This document shows, in pieces, positions 20,801 to 30,468 of a DNA stretch of 64,000 bases. Position 1 is the first letter of the stretch; each line of letters starts with the position of its first letter. The notes under the pieces are model-generated. The model saw only the letters and a program-made list of their open reading frames with translations, searched no databases and was not told where the DNA came from. The DNA is from Bdellovibrionales bacterium (GTDB taxonomy: Bacteria > Bdellovibrionota > Bdellovibrionia > Bdellovibrionales > Bdellovibrionaceae): assembly GCA_031370005.1 (NCBI GenBank), contig JANMPT010000043.1:1-64000 (forward strand), given 5' to 3'. The position numbers were made by a program, and so were the translations under genes.

Positions 20801-21189
20801 GGTTTTGCGGATGATTGCCGCCAAAAGGGCCTTGGAAGTTAAATTCCGATGTTTTTGCGGGGGAGGAAAGTCCGGACTCCATAGGGTAGCGCAAGGGGTA
20901 ACGCCCCTCTGCAGTAATGCAAGGAACAGTGGAACAGAGAGAATGTCCGGGGCTATGAGCCTGACACCGGGAACGGGAGGGTCAGGGGAGCCGCCGGAGT
21001 GAAAACAGCCAAACTCTGCGCGGAGCAAGATCAAATAGGGAAGCACTAGTACCACGACCCGTGGGTAGCTTTCGGGTAAGATCGCTTGAGGGTGTCGGCG
21101 ACGGCACTCCTAGAGGAATGATCATCTAAGGAAATTGGGACGTTTTTGGGACCTAGTTTCTTGGACAGAATCCGGCTTATAGCAAAACC
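20801..21189 (+). ncRNA. rnpB: RNase P RNA (bacterial type A)
   Basis: GAGGAAAGTCCGGACTC near the 5' end and ACAGAATCCGGCTTA near the 3' end (P4). AGTGGAACAGA and GAGCAAGATCAAATAGG are present, and P1 is GGTTTTGC/GCAAAACC. Confidence 0.96.
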
Positions 21190-21222
21190 ATGTTCCCACT
21201 TCCTGTTCGTTCGTAATGGCGG

Positions 21223-22149
21223 GTGTTTATGAGAGCTTATATATTTATTCTGATTCTTTTTTTTGGAATTAATTTAGCGGCTCAAAATCAACCCGCACAA
21301 ACATCTGACGATAGAGATATAGATCTCGAAATTACGAATGCAAAGTTGCGAGCGGAGTCCGGCTCAAAATCACAATGGTCTGTTAAAGCGGATGTTAATT
21401 ATAATGGTGGAAATTTAGAAGCTCCTTTTGGCCGAGTCCGGCCAAATTATGCAGGGAACTCCTCCCAAGACAATAGCACTTCAATTGCTGGAACTGTTGC
21501 GGTAGCCTATCGTTGGACCCAAAGGGACAGTCTTCGTGCGGGCACAGGGATTTTGCTGCTTACTCCTTTTCAAGATACTTGGGGGGACCTGGGCAACTCT
21601 GAGGGTGAAAGAAAAACTGATATTTCAAACCCCTACCTTGAGTATTCGCGCTCAATAAGGCTTGGTGGCTGGCAGAATATTTTTGACACCTCTTATACAC
21701 AAAATACTCAATCGGCCTACGTGAACGCGCACTATGTCGGGACGTGGGATATCAATCATACGGCACTTTATAAAGTTAGCGGAACAGAGTGGGAGTTAGG
21801 GATCACGGGAGATTTTAACGTAACATTTTTTAGTGACGGCAAAAATTCCAACGATAGCCTTTTAAACCCTCAAGGTGGCCGCTCTGATTACACTCTGGCG
21901 CTGTACCCGTATGCCGAATATGCATTCAGTGAGCGCTATTCGTTTCGCACAGTTTTTCGTCCATTCACCTTCGACCACTACCGCAGTGATGAGCAGTGGA
22001 GCTTTTATCGAGAGCTCTATACTCAATCACTGGGCTTCGGCATAGCGATCGCTCGAGATATCTATCTCTATCCCAATATGCAATTCGCTCCCGAGCATCT
22101 AAGCCCGGAGCGAACCAATTTGGGGTTGACATTGACAGTCTCGAGATAA
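21223..22149 (+). CDS. Putative outer-membrane beta-barrel protein
   Basis: Signal peptide followed by alternating, aromatic-rich beta-strand patterns throughout. Confidence 0.6.
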   Translation: MFMRAYIFILILFFGINLAAQNQPAQTSDDRDIDLEITNAKLRAESGSKSQWSVKADVNYNGGNLEAPFGRVRPNYAGNSSQDNSTSIAGTVAVAYRWTQRDSLRAGTGILLLTPFQDTWGDLGNSEGERKTDISNPYLEYSRSIRLGGWQNIFDTSYTQNTQSAYVNAHYVGTWDINHTALYKVSGTEWELGITGDFNVTFFSDGKNSNDSLLNPQGGRSDYTLALYPYAEYAFSERYSFRTVFRPFTFDHYRSDEQWSFYRELYTQSLGFGIAIARDIYLYPNMQFAPEHLSPERTNLGLTLTVSR

Positions 22150-22172
22150 ACACCGGAGTAAAATATAAAATT

Positions 22173-22346
22173 TTATCGGTGCCCTCTGCGGCCGACGAGA
22201 TCAACAACAAAGCTGATTACTGCAAGAACTAAGAAAACAGTCAGCAAAAGCTTTCCGATTTCCATGGAAATTCCAGCAATCCCTGCTGCACCCAAAATGA
22301 AAGCGACGATGGCCAAGACAAAAAATGCGATAGCTGCGCGTAACAT
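22173..22346 (-). CDS. DUF1328 / UPF0391 (YtjA-like) small membrane protein, absent from the ORF track
   Basis: Translated by hand as MLRAAIAFFVLAIVAFILGAAGIAGISMEIGKLLLTVFLVLAVISFVVDLVGRRGHR* (57 aa), with an AAGGAGG RBS. Confidence 0.9.
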   Translation of the reverse strand: MLRAAIAFFVLAIVAFILGAAGIAGISMEIGKLLLTVFLVLAVISFVVDLVGRRGHR

Positions 22347-22435
22347 GTGACCCTCCTTGATAGAGATAGGTATAGCTCAGATGGAGGTGAAATTCTTATG
22401 TAAAAAAACACTGTGAAGAAAACTTCCAGTGGAAT

Positions 22436-22963
22436 CTAGTTAATGAAGTCCGCGAAGTCTTCGTCATCCCGAAAGAAGGTTTTGAAGTCAGGGGACACAA
22501 AAGTTGATTCGTGAATACGGCCCTCGCTACAAGCCTTTAAAGTCGTTTCATTGTTACCATCAAAAGAACAGTCACCAACAAACCAGGCGCGCTCGGAGTA
22601 GGTGATTTTGTAACCAATCAAGACGTCATTTTGTAAAAGAGCGATAACCCGATCTAATTGAGTTTGTCCCGCTGAGTAGTAATCGCCCTCGAGAATAGTG
22701 TCTCCCCAAATTTGAGCCTGAAGGAATGCGACATTGCTTAGATTTGATTGCACCTCTGCTTGCAAATGGGATTGACCAGGAAATTGAATATCAAAAAGTG
22801 TTTCACTTCTGAATGGAGCCTGGCATTTGTTGCTACAGGACTTGCGAAAGTCCTCAATATGGCTGTAAAACTCTTTTGCGCCATGACCCCTGGAATCAGC
22901 GCGGACATTCCCTGCAAACATAACCAAGCTGAATAGGACAAATACGATAAGTGATTTTGTCAT
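22436..22963 (-). CDS. Hypothetical exported protein
   Basis: Start MTKSL after AGGAG; signal peptide ending VRA; QIWGDTILEGDY core with 4 Cys. Confidence 0.7.
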   Translation of the reverse strand: MTKSLIVFVLFSLVMFAGNVRADSRGHGAKEFYSHIEDFRKSCSNKCQAPFRSETLFDIQFPGQSHLQAEVQSNLSNVAFLQAQIWGDTILEGDYYSAGQTQLDRVIALLQNDVLIGYKITYSERAWFVGDCSFDGNNETTLKACSEGRIHESTFVSPDFKTFFRDDEDFADFIN

Positions 22964-23052
22964 GATGGATACTCCTAATAAGAGCACCATAAAGCAGAAT
23001 CAATATAATTTAAAATGCATATAAATAATGATATTATGCTTATTAGGCATAT

Positions 23053-24102
23053 CTACGAAAGGGAGCGTTTTTGTGCGTAGATGAAAAGCTCTTTTCCTTG
23101 GCGAGTTGGACGTGATTTTTGCCAGCGACCCCAAAAAATAAATTGGAATGAGTCTTTGAGGCGCTGACGGAGCTCCCACTCAGAGCCGCCATAAGGAGGG
23201 CCCTGGTTTTTGTACATTGTAAAGAAAACGCCCATTAGCTGACCTTGATCATGAAGTGATTGCTTCCAAACTTTGACGAGGTCCTTGCGTCGGCTGGGCT
23301 CAATTGCGCAGTAGCAGGTGTGCTCGAAAACAATATCGAAAGAATTTTGAAAACTTTGATCTAGCCTAAAGACGTCGTGTCTCAAGAAGTGGAGGCCGGG
23401 AATTTTGCTATAGTTTTTCTTTGCGCGAGAAAGTGCTTCCTCCGAAAAGTCGACGGCAGTGACCACATGGCCGGCTTGTGCAAACAAGGCTGCATCATGA
23501 CCCTCGCCACAGCCTAAAACTAAAACTCGCGATTTTGGCAGTTTCAAACGGGGAAGCATGTCCTTTAAGGCCTCAGCAGGCTCACCAAGATTCCAGCCGG
23601 GATTGCCTTCCTCATGGTAAATTTTTGTCCAGTAATCGGATTTTTCTAGATCCTTGTGGCTTGGGAAGAATGGCGGAATTTCATAGGTTTTACCCGCAAA
23701 AGTGATGGAGTCGTCGTCGAATTCATCAAGCATATTAAAGAATGCGGCCTGAGCCTTTCGCGACATGACAAAGGGAATCTCACTGCGGGTTTTTCCATGA
23801 AAGCGATCCCACTCATCAAGGCTTAGAGTGTCGAGTTCAAACTCAAAGCTGATATCGTAAGGAAGCTCGATCCACCAGACGTTATTTTCATGGGAAACCT
23901 GGGAAGCAACAAAGGGCTCATCAAAGGCCTCAACAAGCACGGGGACTCCGCCGCAACGACTGATCAAGGCGCCGTTTTCAGCAAAGCACATTTCGGCAAG
24001 AACTTCGCCACCAACCTCAGGGTCTTGAGTTCGAACTTCCTCAAGGAGAGCGTAGCCGTCCTCATCAATTTGAACAAAACGGTCCGGGAGTTCAGAGTTC
24101 AT
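23053..24102 (-). CDS. TPMT-like SAM-dependent methyltransferase with an N-terminal DUF1285-like domain
   Basis: YW..IY....PGWNLG, VLVLGCGEGHDA, FDIVFEHTCYCAI and GPPYG; the N-terminus has QIDEDG..VEAFDEPFVA. Confidence 0.85.
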   Translation of the reverse strand: MNSELPDRFVQIDEDGYALLEEVRTQDPEVGGEVLAEMCFAENGALISRCGGVPVLVEAFDEPFVASQVSHENNVWWIELPYDISFEFELDTLSLDEWDRFHGKTRSEIPFVMSRKAQAAFFNMLDEFDDDSITFAGKTYEIPPFFPSHKDLEKSDYWTKIYHEEGNPGWNLGEPAEALKDMLPRLKLPKSRVLVLGCGEGHDAALFAQAGHVVTAVDFSEEALSRAKKNYSKIPGLHFLRHDVFRLDQSFQNSFDIVFEHTCYCAIEPSRRKDLVKVWKQSLHDQGQLMGVFFTMYKNQGPPYGGSEWELRQRLKDSFQFIFWGRWQKSRPTRQGKELFIYAQKRSLS

Positions 24103-24542
24103 TAATTGTGCTCAGGTTCTGCGGGGGCAGTTTCAGCATCGGGAATTACAACCAGGCCTTCGCTAAAAGTAACAACATCGTTTGTGGTTCGAACGCTTTG
24201 CAAACTCCAACGATCCAGCTTGGACTCATCTTGAGGTTCACGGAAAAGAATCGCTTCGCCCTCTACAGTTTGTTCTGTGGGATCGCCATCAGCTGAATCG
24301 CTAAACGCATAGCCAAAAACAGCGCGAACCTTGGTTTCGCTGAGAGCTTCTGTCCAAAGACGGGTGATTTTGAAGTTTTTCGCGGTTGGCTTTTTGGCCA
24401 TGACAGTTTGTTTAATTAAGATGGCCAATTTTTCCTGAATGCCGGAATGCGTCTCAAAGCCGATAGCAGGTGAGCTATGAATGATATTCCAAGTCCAAAA
24501 CAAAGCAGCGACGAAAACAATCAAACTCATAGTTTTTTTCAT
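24102..24542 (-). CDS. Hypothetical membrane-anchored protein
   Basis: 146-aa ORF with an N-terminal TM and GGAG RBS; TAATG coupling to the methyltransferase. Confidence 0.7.
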   Translation of the reverse strand: MKKTMSLIVFVAALFWTWNIIHSSPAIGFETHSGIQEKLAILIKQTVMAKKPTAKNFKITRLWTEALSETKVRAVFGYAFSDSADGDPTEQTVEGEAILFREPQDESKLDRWSLQSVRTTNDVVTFSEGLVVIPDAETAPAEPEHN

Positions 24543-24640
24543 AAATCTCCGGTTCCTCGTGGCATTCGAACGTTAGACAAGCACATAGGAGCATGATATT
24601 TCGTACTTTTCAACCTTAAGAAGAATGAAAAGGAGGCCGA

Positions 24641-25204
24641 ATGCTTTCAACACTTCGTAAAAATATCGAGAAAAACTTAAGAGGCAGAGGGCTGAGTCTT
24701 CGTTCTATGGATCTGGCTGCCTTGGTCGAGGGCGTTGCTCCGAAATCTTCTCGTGCGGCGCTAAGCTATGCTTTGGATTTTATGCGTCCATTTTCCGCGG
24801 GGATGGGCTTTCGCGTGACACGTTTATCTGATCGCTATATTGAGCTTGTGATTCCGGCGCGGAAACGAAATCAAGATGAAGAAGGGCGAATCCATGAAGG
24901 TGCGCTTATGACCGGAGCCTTAGAGGCCGCAAGGCTTCTATGGTTACGCCATGCCCCATTGGGTGATTTTAAAGTTCACCTTGTGAAGAGTGTTTTTAAT
25001 ATTTTTCAAGATTACATGGGTGATATCCGGGTGCGTATAGAGCTTCCAGAAATTCAATGCGAAGTTGTGCTTGCTCAAGTTCGCAAGAATCAACAGGCCC
25101 AGGCCGAAGTGGTTTTGCACTTTTATGATGAAAAAGAAAAATCTGTTGCTGAGGCAACTATGACTTTGCAGTTAAAACACACCCCTGGATTGAACGCACC
25201 CTAA
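24641..25204 (+). CDS. Hot-dog fold / PaaI-like thioesterase (DUF4442-like)
   Basis: PFSAGMGFRV..L and N....IHEGAL; AGGAGG RBS; heads the acyl-CoA catabolic cluster. Confidence 0.65.
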   Translation: MLSTLRKNIEKNLRGRGLSLRSMDLAALVEGVAPKSSRAALSYALDFMRPFSAGMGFRVTRLSDRYIELVIPARKRNQDEEGRIHEGALMTGALEAARLLWLRHAPLGDFKVHLVKSVFNIFQDYMGDIRVRIELPEIQCEVVLAQVRKNQQAQAEVVLHFYDEKEKSVAEATMTLQLKHTPGLNAP

Positions 25205-25213
25205 GGAGTTTTC

Positions 25214-26821
25214 GTGGAAGTGATTGAAAGCGTTCTCGATAGCAATGCACAAGATTTTAAGGCCAACACTGAAGCCATGCTGGGCCATGTGCAGAAGTGG
25301 CGTCAACGTATTGAGCAAGTAAAATTAGGCGGTGGCGAAGAGGCTCTTAAAAAGCATAAAGCACGTGGTAAACTCACTGCGCGCGAACGCATTGAAGCGC
25401 TTTTAGATTCGGCGAGTGCATTTTTGGAGTTTTCAACTTTAGCGGCGTGGGAAATGTATGAAGACCAAGCCCCATCTGCAGGCGTGATAACGGGCATAGG
25501 TATTATCCATGGCATAGAGTGTGTGATCGTTGCTAATGATGCCACAGTGAAAGGAGGCACTTACTTTCCGATGTCTGTGAAAAAGCACCTTCGTGCTCAA
25601 GAGATTGCGATGGAGAATGGCCTTCCTTGCATTTACCTGGTGGATTCCGGCGGTGCATTTTTGCCGTTGCAAGCCCAAGTCTTTCCGGATCGTGACCACT
25701 TTGGTCGTATTTTTTATAACCAAGCTCGCATGAGCGCACAGCGCATTCCTCAAATTTCTGTAGTAATGGGCTCTTGTACTGCTGGCGGCGCCTACGTTCC
25801 AGCGATGAGTGATGAGAATGTGATTGTCAAAGGCAATGGGACTATATTTTTGGGCGGCCCACCGCTAGTAAAAGCTGCAACAGGGGAAGTCGTGGATGCA
25901 CAAGAGCTCGGTGGGGCTAAAGTTCATTGCGAAGAAAGTGGAGTGACAGATCATTTTGCAGAGGATGACCAACATGCCATTGAAATTACTCGATCAATAG
26001 TAGCCCACTTGAACCATCGCCATAAAGTGACGATGAAGACTCTGCCGATTGTGGATCCTATGTATGATGCCAAAGAGCTTTATGGTGTTATTCCCAAAGA
26101 CTCGCGCATTCCTTTTGATGTGCGGGAGGTGATAGCGCGTATTGTTGATGGCTCTCGTTTTCATGAGTTTAAATCTTCGTATGGGAAAACTTTGGTGACA
26201 GGTTTTGCCCATATTTGGGGGATGCCTGTGGGAATTATCGCGAATAATGGAGTGTTATTTAGCGAGAGTTCTTTGAAGGCAACTCATTTCATTGAACTAT
26301 GCGAGCAGCGTGAGATTCCGTTGGTTTTCTTGCAAAATATTACAGGCTTCATGGTTGGCAAGAAATATGAGAATGAAGGAATTGCGAAGCACGGAGCCAA
26401 AATGGTGATGGCGGTTTCCAATGCCCGTGTCCCTAAATTTACAGTCGTAATTGGCGGATCATATGGCGCTGGGAATTATGGTATGTGTGGGCGTGCTTTT
26501 CAGCCGCGTCAACTTTGGATGTGGCCGAATGCTCGCATAAGCGTGATGGGCGGCGAACAAGCGTCGAATGTTCTTTTGACAGTGAAGCTGGAGCAAATGT
26601 CAGCAAAAGGACAAAGCATGACGCCCGAGCAGCAGGCGGATTTCAAGCGGCCAACCTTGGAAAAATACGATCATGAGAGCTCCGCGTATTATTCATCAGC
26701 GCGTATTTGGGATGATGGAATTATTGACCCGGCCGACACTCGACGAGTATTGGCCCTTGGAATATCAGCGAGTCTCAATAAAGAATGGGGCCCTCAAACA
26801 CAGGGCGTCTTTAGGATGTAA
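25214..26821 (+). CDS. liuB: 3-methylcrotonyl-CoA carboxylase, carboxyltransferase subunit
   Basis: [43 protein letters not shown] and GVFRM. Confidence 0.95.
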   Translation: MEVIESVLDSNAQDFKANTEAMLGHVQKWRQRIEQVKLGGGEEALKKHKARGKLTARERIEALLDSASAFLEFSTLAAWEMYEDQAPSAGVITGIGIIHGIECVIVANDATVKGGTYFPMSVKKHLRAQEIAMENGLPCIYLVDSGGAFLPLQAQVFPDRDHFGRIFYNQARMSAQRIPQISVVMGSCTAGGAYVPAMSDENVIVKGNGTIFLGGPPLVKAATGEVVDAQELGGAKVHCEESGVTDHFAEDDQHAIEITRSIVAHLNHRHKVTMKTLPIVDPMYDAKELYGVIPKDSRIPFDVREVIARIVDGSRFHEFKSSYGKTLVTGFAHIWGMPVGIIANNGVLFSESSLKATHFIELCEQREIPLVFLQNITGFMVGKKYENEGIAKHGAKMVMAVSNARVPKFTVVIGGSYGAGNYGMCGRAFQPRQLWMWPNARISVMGGEQASNVLLTVKLEQMSAKGQSMTPEQQADFKRPTLEKYDHESSAYYSSARIWDDGIIDPADTRRVLALGISASLNKEWGPQTQGVFRM

Positions 26822-26823
26822 TC

Positions 26824-27603
26824 ATGTCTTATGTAGAATATAAAGAGGCAGCACAGGTTGCCTATGTAAAACTCAATCGTCCAGATAGTCGTAATGCGTT
26901 TAATCCCAGCATGATTGATGAGATCACAAAAATTTTTCTCGATCTTGGTAAGCGCATTGATCTTCGCGCAGTGGTCCTGCATGGCGAAGGCAAAGTCTTT
27001 TGCGCCGGTGCTGATCTGCATTGGATGAAAGAGATGGTTGATTATACTCTTGATCAAAACAAAACGGATTCTTTAAAACTCTTCGCAATGTTTGAGGCTA
27101 TCGCAAAATGCCCATTGGCAGTGATAGGCCTAGTTCAAGGCGCTGCTTTTGGTGGAGCCCTTGGTCTGGTGGCTTGCAGTGATTATGTAATAGCAGAGTC
27201 TCAGGCTCAGTTTTGCTTTAGCGAGGTGAAACTTGGGATTGTTCCGGCGGTCATCAGCTCCTTCGTTAACCTAAAAGTGCCAGCAGGAAAAGTTAGGCAT
27301 TTTATGATGTCGGGGACAGTGTTTAGTTCGCAGCAAGCTATGGAGGCAGGTCTCGTAAATGAGATTGTGGCGGCCTCTGATTTTACAACATCGCTTGAGT
27401 TTATATTGAAAGTTTACAAGGAGTGTGGGCCGGAAGCGGTCCGCGAAACTAAAAATTTGTTAAACGATCTGCCGAATCTTACTTGGGCCGATCAGCGCAA
27501 GCGAACAAGTCAGCTCATTGCAGAGCGCCGGGTGAGTGTGGAGGGCCAAGAGGGTCTGAAAAGTTTTTTAGAAAAGCGCCGGCCGAGTTGGAGGCGTTCG
27601 TAA
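26824..27603 (+). CDS. liuC: Enoyl-CoA hydratase family, probable methylglutaconyl-CoA hydratase
   Basis: LNRP..RNA, FCAGADL, GGALGL and SEVKLGIVPA; leucine-catabolism context. Confidence 0.88.
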   Translation: MSYVEYKEAAQVAYVKLNRPDSRNAFNPSMIDEITKIFLDLGKRIDLRAVVLHGEGKVFCAGADLHWMKEMVDYTLDQNKTDSLKLFAMFEAIAKCPLAVIGLVQGAAFGGALGLVACSDYVIAESQAQFCFSEVKLGIVPAVISSFVNLKVPAGKVRHFMMSGTVFSSQQAMEAGLVNEIVAASDFTTSLEFILKVYKECGPEAVRETKNLLNDLPNLTWADQRKRTSQLIAERRVSVEGQEGLKSFLEKRRPSWRRS

Positions 27604-29066
27604 TGAAGAAGTTTAAAAGAATAGCCATTGCTAATCGAGGTGAGGTCGCTGTTCGTATTATCCGAGCATGTGAAGAGATGGGAATTGAAACAGTTCTTCT
27701 TCACTCGGATGCTGACATCAATACGCGCGCCTATAGAATAGCAACAAAAACTATTTGCATTGGCTCTGCAGAAACGACAAAGAGTTATTTGAATATTCCT
27801 GCAAATATTGAGGGCGCTTTGGCGAGTGGCGCGGAGGCTATTCATCCAGGATTTGGGTTTTTGTCGGAGAACGCGGATTTCGCAGATGCCTGCGATAAAG
27901 CGGGAATTATTTTTATTGGTCCGTCAGCGAAAACCATTCGCGAGCTCGGGGATAAAGTTCATTGTAGAGAACTCGCAAAAAAAGCAGGTCTTCCATTAGT
28001 TCCTGGCTACGAAGGAGAGAATCAGGAAGTTTCGCACATGTTGAAAGAGGCCGAAAACATTGGGCTTCCTGTAATAGTAAAGGCGGCAGCCGGTGGTGGT
28101 GGCCGCGGGATGAAGTTGGTTTCAAGCATGAAAGAAGCGCGCGAACTGATTGAGTCCGCGCAACGAGAGGCCCTGTCGTCTTTCGGTTCATCCAAGGTGT
28201 TTATTGAAAAGTATCTCGATCATGCAAAACATATTGAGTTCCAAATTTTCGGAGACTCAACTGGCCAAGTAATTCATTATTTTGATCGCGAGTGCTCAGT
28301 ACAGCGTCGTCATCAAAAAATTATCGAAGAAGCAACGTCGCCCTCTTTAACAGACGAACTTCGTCGTCAAATGGGTGAAGCCGCCGTGGCCATTGCGCAA
28401 CTTGGCAAATATAAAGGGGCAGGCACGGTGGAGTTTCTTCTTCAGGACGGAAAATTTTATCTTTTAGAGGTGAATACTCGTTTGCAAGTAGAGCATCCTG
28501 TGACTGAAATGGTAATGGGAGTGGACCTGGTAAAGGCACAGATTCTTACCGCTCAAGGCGAGTTTGTATTTAACTCACATCAATTGCGTATTCCTCATGG
28601 GCATTCAATTGAGTGCCGTATCTATGCTGAGAATCCATATCTTGGGGGAGTGCCAAGCACTGGGAAGCTTGGCAAAGTTGAGTGGCCGGAGGGGCCAGGT
28701 CGCCGGTATGAATGTGGTTTTGATGAGGGAGATGAAATCACTCCCTATTATGACTCTATGATAGCAAAAGTTATCGTTTGGGATGAAAGCCGTAGCCGCG
28801 CAATTCAAAAAATGGTTTATGTTTTAAAAGATTCTGTGATTTTTGGAGTTCAAACCAATATTCCTTATTTGATAAAGATTTTAAATCACTCGGAATTTGT
28901 GAACGGCACAATGACGACTCGTTTCGTAGAGACATACTTTAAAGATCCGATTGTATTGCCAGAGCTTTCTGAAGTGGAAAAAAGACTCGTTGAAAAAGCT
29001 CTTCAACAATCTCGTGGCGGACTGGTCGGAATATCTCCTTGGCAGTCATTCTGGAGGGGAATCTAG
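27603..29066 (+). CDS. Biotin carboxylase subunit of methylcrotonyl-CoA carboxylase
   Basis: IANRGE, HPGFGFLSEN, GGGGRGM, RECSVQRRHQK and EVNTRLQVEH; the start overlaps the upstream stop (TAATG). Confidence 0.93.
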   Translation: MKKFKRIAIANRGEVAVRIIRACEEMGIETVLLHSDADINTRAYRIATKTICIGSAETTKSYLNIPANIEGALASGAEAIHPGFGFLSENADFADACDKAGIIFIGPSAKTIRELGDKVHCRELAKKAGLPLVPGYEGENQEVSHMLKEAENIGLPVIVKAAAGGGGRGMKLVSSMKEARELIESAQREALSSFGSSKVFIEKYLDHAKHIEFQIFGDSTGQVIHYFDRECSVQRRHQKIIEEATSPSLTDELRRQMGEAAVAIAQLGKYKGAGTVEFLLQDGKFYLLEVNTRLQVEHPVTEMVMGVDLVKAQILTAQGEFVFNSHQLRIPHGHSIECRIYAENPYLGGVPSTGKLGKVEWPEGPGRRYECGFDEGDEITPYYDSMIAKVIVWDESRSRAIQKMVYVLKDSVIFGVQTNIPYLIKILNHSEFVNGTMTTRFVETYFKDPIVLPELSEVEKRLVEKALQQSRGGLVGISPWQSFWRGI

Positions 29067-29067
29067 G

Positions 29068-29466
29068 ATGGAAATCAAAATTCGTCATAATGGCATAGAC
29101 CATAAAGCTACGGTCCAAGTGGTGAAAGAGACCCTTTGGGTACATTATAAGGGTCGAACCTTTGCTGTGGAGGCGAGGGCGTCCTCACGGAAAAGTCGCA
29201 AGGCGGGGGCGGGGGTTTCTTCAGATAAGGTTTTTGCCCCAATGCCTGGAAAAGTAATTAAAATTTTTGTGAATCTCGGGCAGGAAATTGAAAAAGGTCA
29301 GGCGATCCTAGTTATGGAGGCCATGAAAATGGAATATACTCTAAAGGCCGAGCTTTCCGGAAAAATTGCACAAATTGAATGTTGCATCGAAGACCAAGTT
29401 GTCTTAGGTAAAATGCTTGTAAAAATTGAGCCCACAGCTGGATCCACAGCAAAAAGTGCTGGTTAA
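29068..29466 (+). CDS. Biotin carboxyl carrier protein
   Basis: APMPG and the EAMKME biotinylation motif; start MEIKI at 29068. Confidence 0.92.
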   Translation: MEIKIRHNGIDHKATVQVVKETLWVHYKGRTFAVEARASSRKSRKAGAGVSSDKVFAPMPGKVIKIFVNLGQEIEKGQAILVMEAMKMEYTLKAELSGKIAQIECCIEDQVVLGKMLVKIEPTAGSTAKSAG

Positions 29467-29496
29467 GAGCGTCGGTTAAAAGTTAAACGAAAGTAA

Positions 29497-30435
29497 GTGA
29501 TGGCAGATAAGAAAGTTGCAATCGTAGAAATGGGTCTTCGGGACGGTCTTCAAAACGAGAAAATTGTTTTGAGCTCAAAGACCCGTCTTGAAATTCTTGA
29601 ACGACTTTTGGACATTGGATCTCGTCGGATTGAGGTTGGTGCTTTTGTTTCTCCGCAGTGGGTTCCACAAATGGCAGGCTCGGCGGAGGTGACCAGAGGC
29701 GCTACGCAAATGCAAAAAGAAAAAAAAGCGCATAAAGAGGTTAGGTTTTCGGTTTTGGTGCCCAATGAAAAGGGCATGTTAATGGCTATTGAAACGGGAA
29801 TTAAAGAGGTAGCAATTTTTGCAGCAGCCAGCGAGTCTTTTTCTAAGAGAAATATTAACTGCTCAATCGAAGAGAGCTTTGAGCGCTTTAAATCGGTGAT
29901 GTTCTTGGCTAAAAAACATAAAATCAAAGTTCGGGGCTATTTGAGCACGAGCTTTGGCTGTCCTTTCGAGGGTAGGGTTTCTGAATCCAAGGTGGTTCAG
30001 CTGGCAAAGCGACTTCACCAAATGGGCTGTTATGAAATTTCCATTGGGGACACGATTGGCGTTGCAAATCCTGGCCAGGTCGAGAGTCTTTTTAAAAAGC
30101 TTAAAAAAGTTATACCAGTTAAAAAATTAGCAGCCCATTTTCATGACACCCGTGGACAGGCGTTGGCTAATATTTTTGTCGCCTATGCTCTTGGAATTCG
30201 TGTTTTTGATTCGAGTATTGGTGGTTTGGGCGGATGTCCTTATGCACCTGGAGCAGCAGGCAATGTATCCACTGAGGATGTTGCTTATATGTTCCATGGA
30301 ATGGGTGTTAAGACGGGTTTGGACATTGAAAAAATGGTCGGGATGAATCCGTGGCTTACTGAAAAAATTCAGCACCCTTTATCCACGAGAGTCGGTAGGG
30401 TTGGATTTCTAAAACCACTTGGAAAAATAAAATAA
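29497..30435 (+). CDS. liuE: Hydroxymethylglutaryl-CoA lyase
   Basis: RDGLQNE, FVSP.WVPQ, GDTIG, HFHDT and GGLGGCPYAPGA.GN. Confidence 0.95.
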   Translation: MMADKKVAIVEMGLRDGLQNEKIVLSSKTRLEILERLLDIGSRRIEVGAFVSPQWVPQMAGSAEVTRGATQMQKEKKAHKEVRFSVLVPNEKGMLMAIETGIKEVAIFAAASESFSKRNINCSIEESFERFKSVMFLAKKHKIKVRGYLSTSFGCPFEGRVSESKVVQLAKRLHQMGCYEISIGDTIGVANPGQVESLFKKLKKVIPVKKLAAHFHDTRGQALANIFVAYALGIRVFDSSIGGLGGCPYAPGAAGNVSTEDVAYMFHGMGVKTGLDIEKMVGMNPWLTEKIQHPLSTRVGRVGFLKPLGKIK

Positions 30436-30437
30436 AA

Positions 30438-30453
30438 TGGTCTGTCTCTTGCA
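30438..30453 (+). promoter_or_regulatory. Putative sigma54 promoter
   Basis: TGGTCTGTCTCTTGCA fits GG-N10-GC, 15 nt upstream of the ATG at 30469. Confidence 0.55.
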
Positions 30454-30468
30454 ATTAAGAGAGAGCCT

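Noticed and set aside
20739..21055. ORFs 20739..21002 (+) and 20762..21055 (-)
   Set aside because: They overlap the RNase P RNA and are chance frames.
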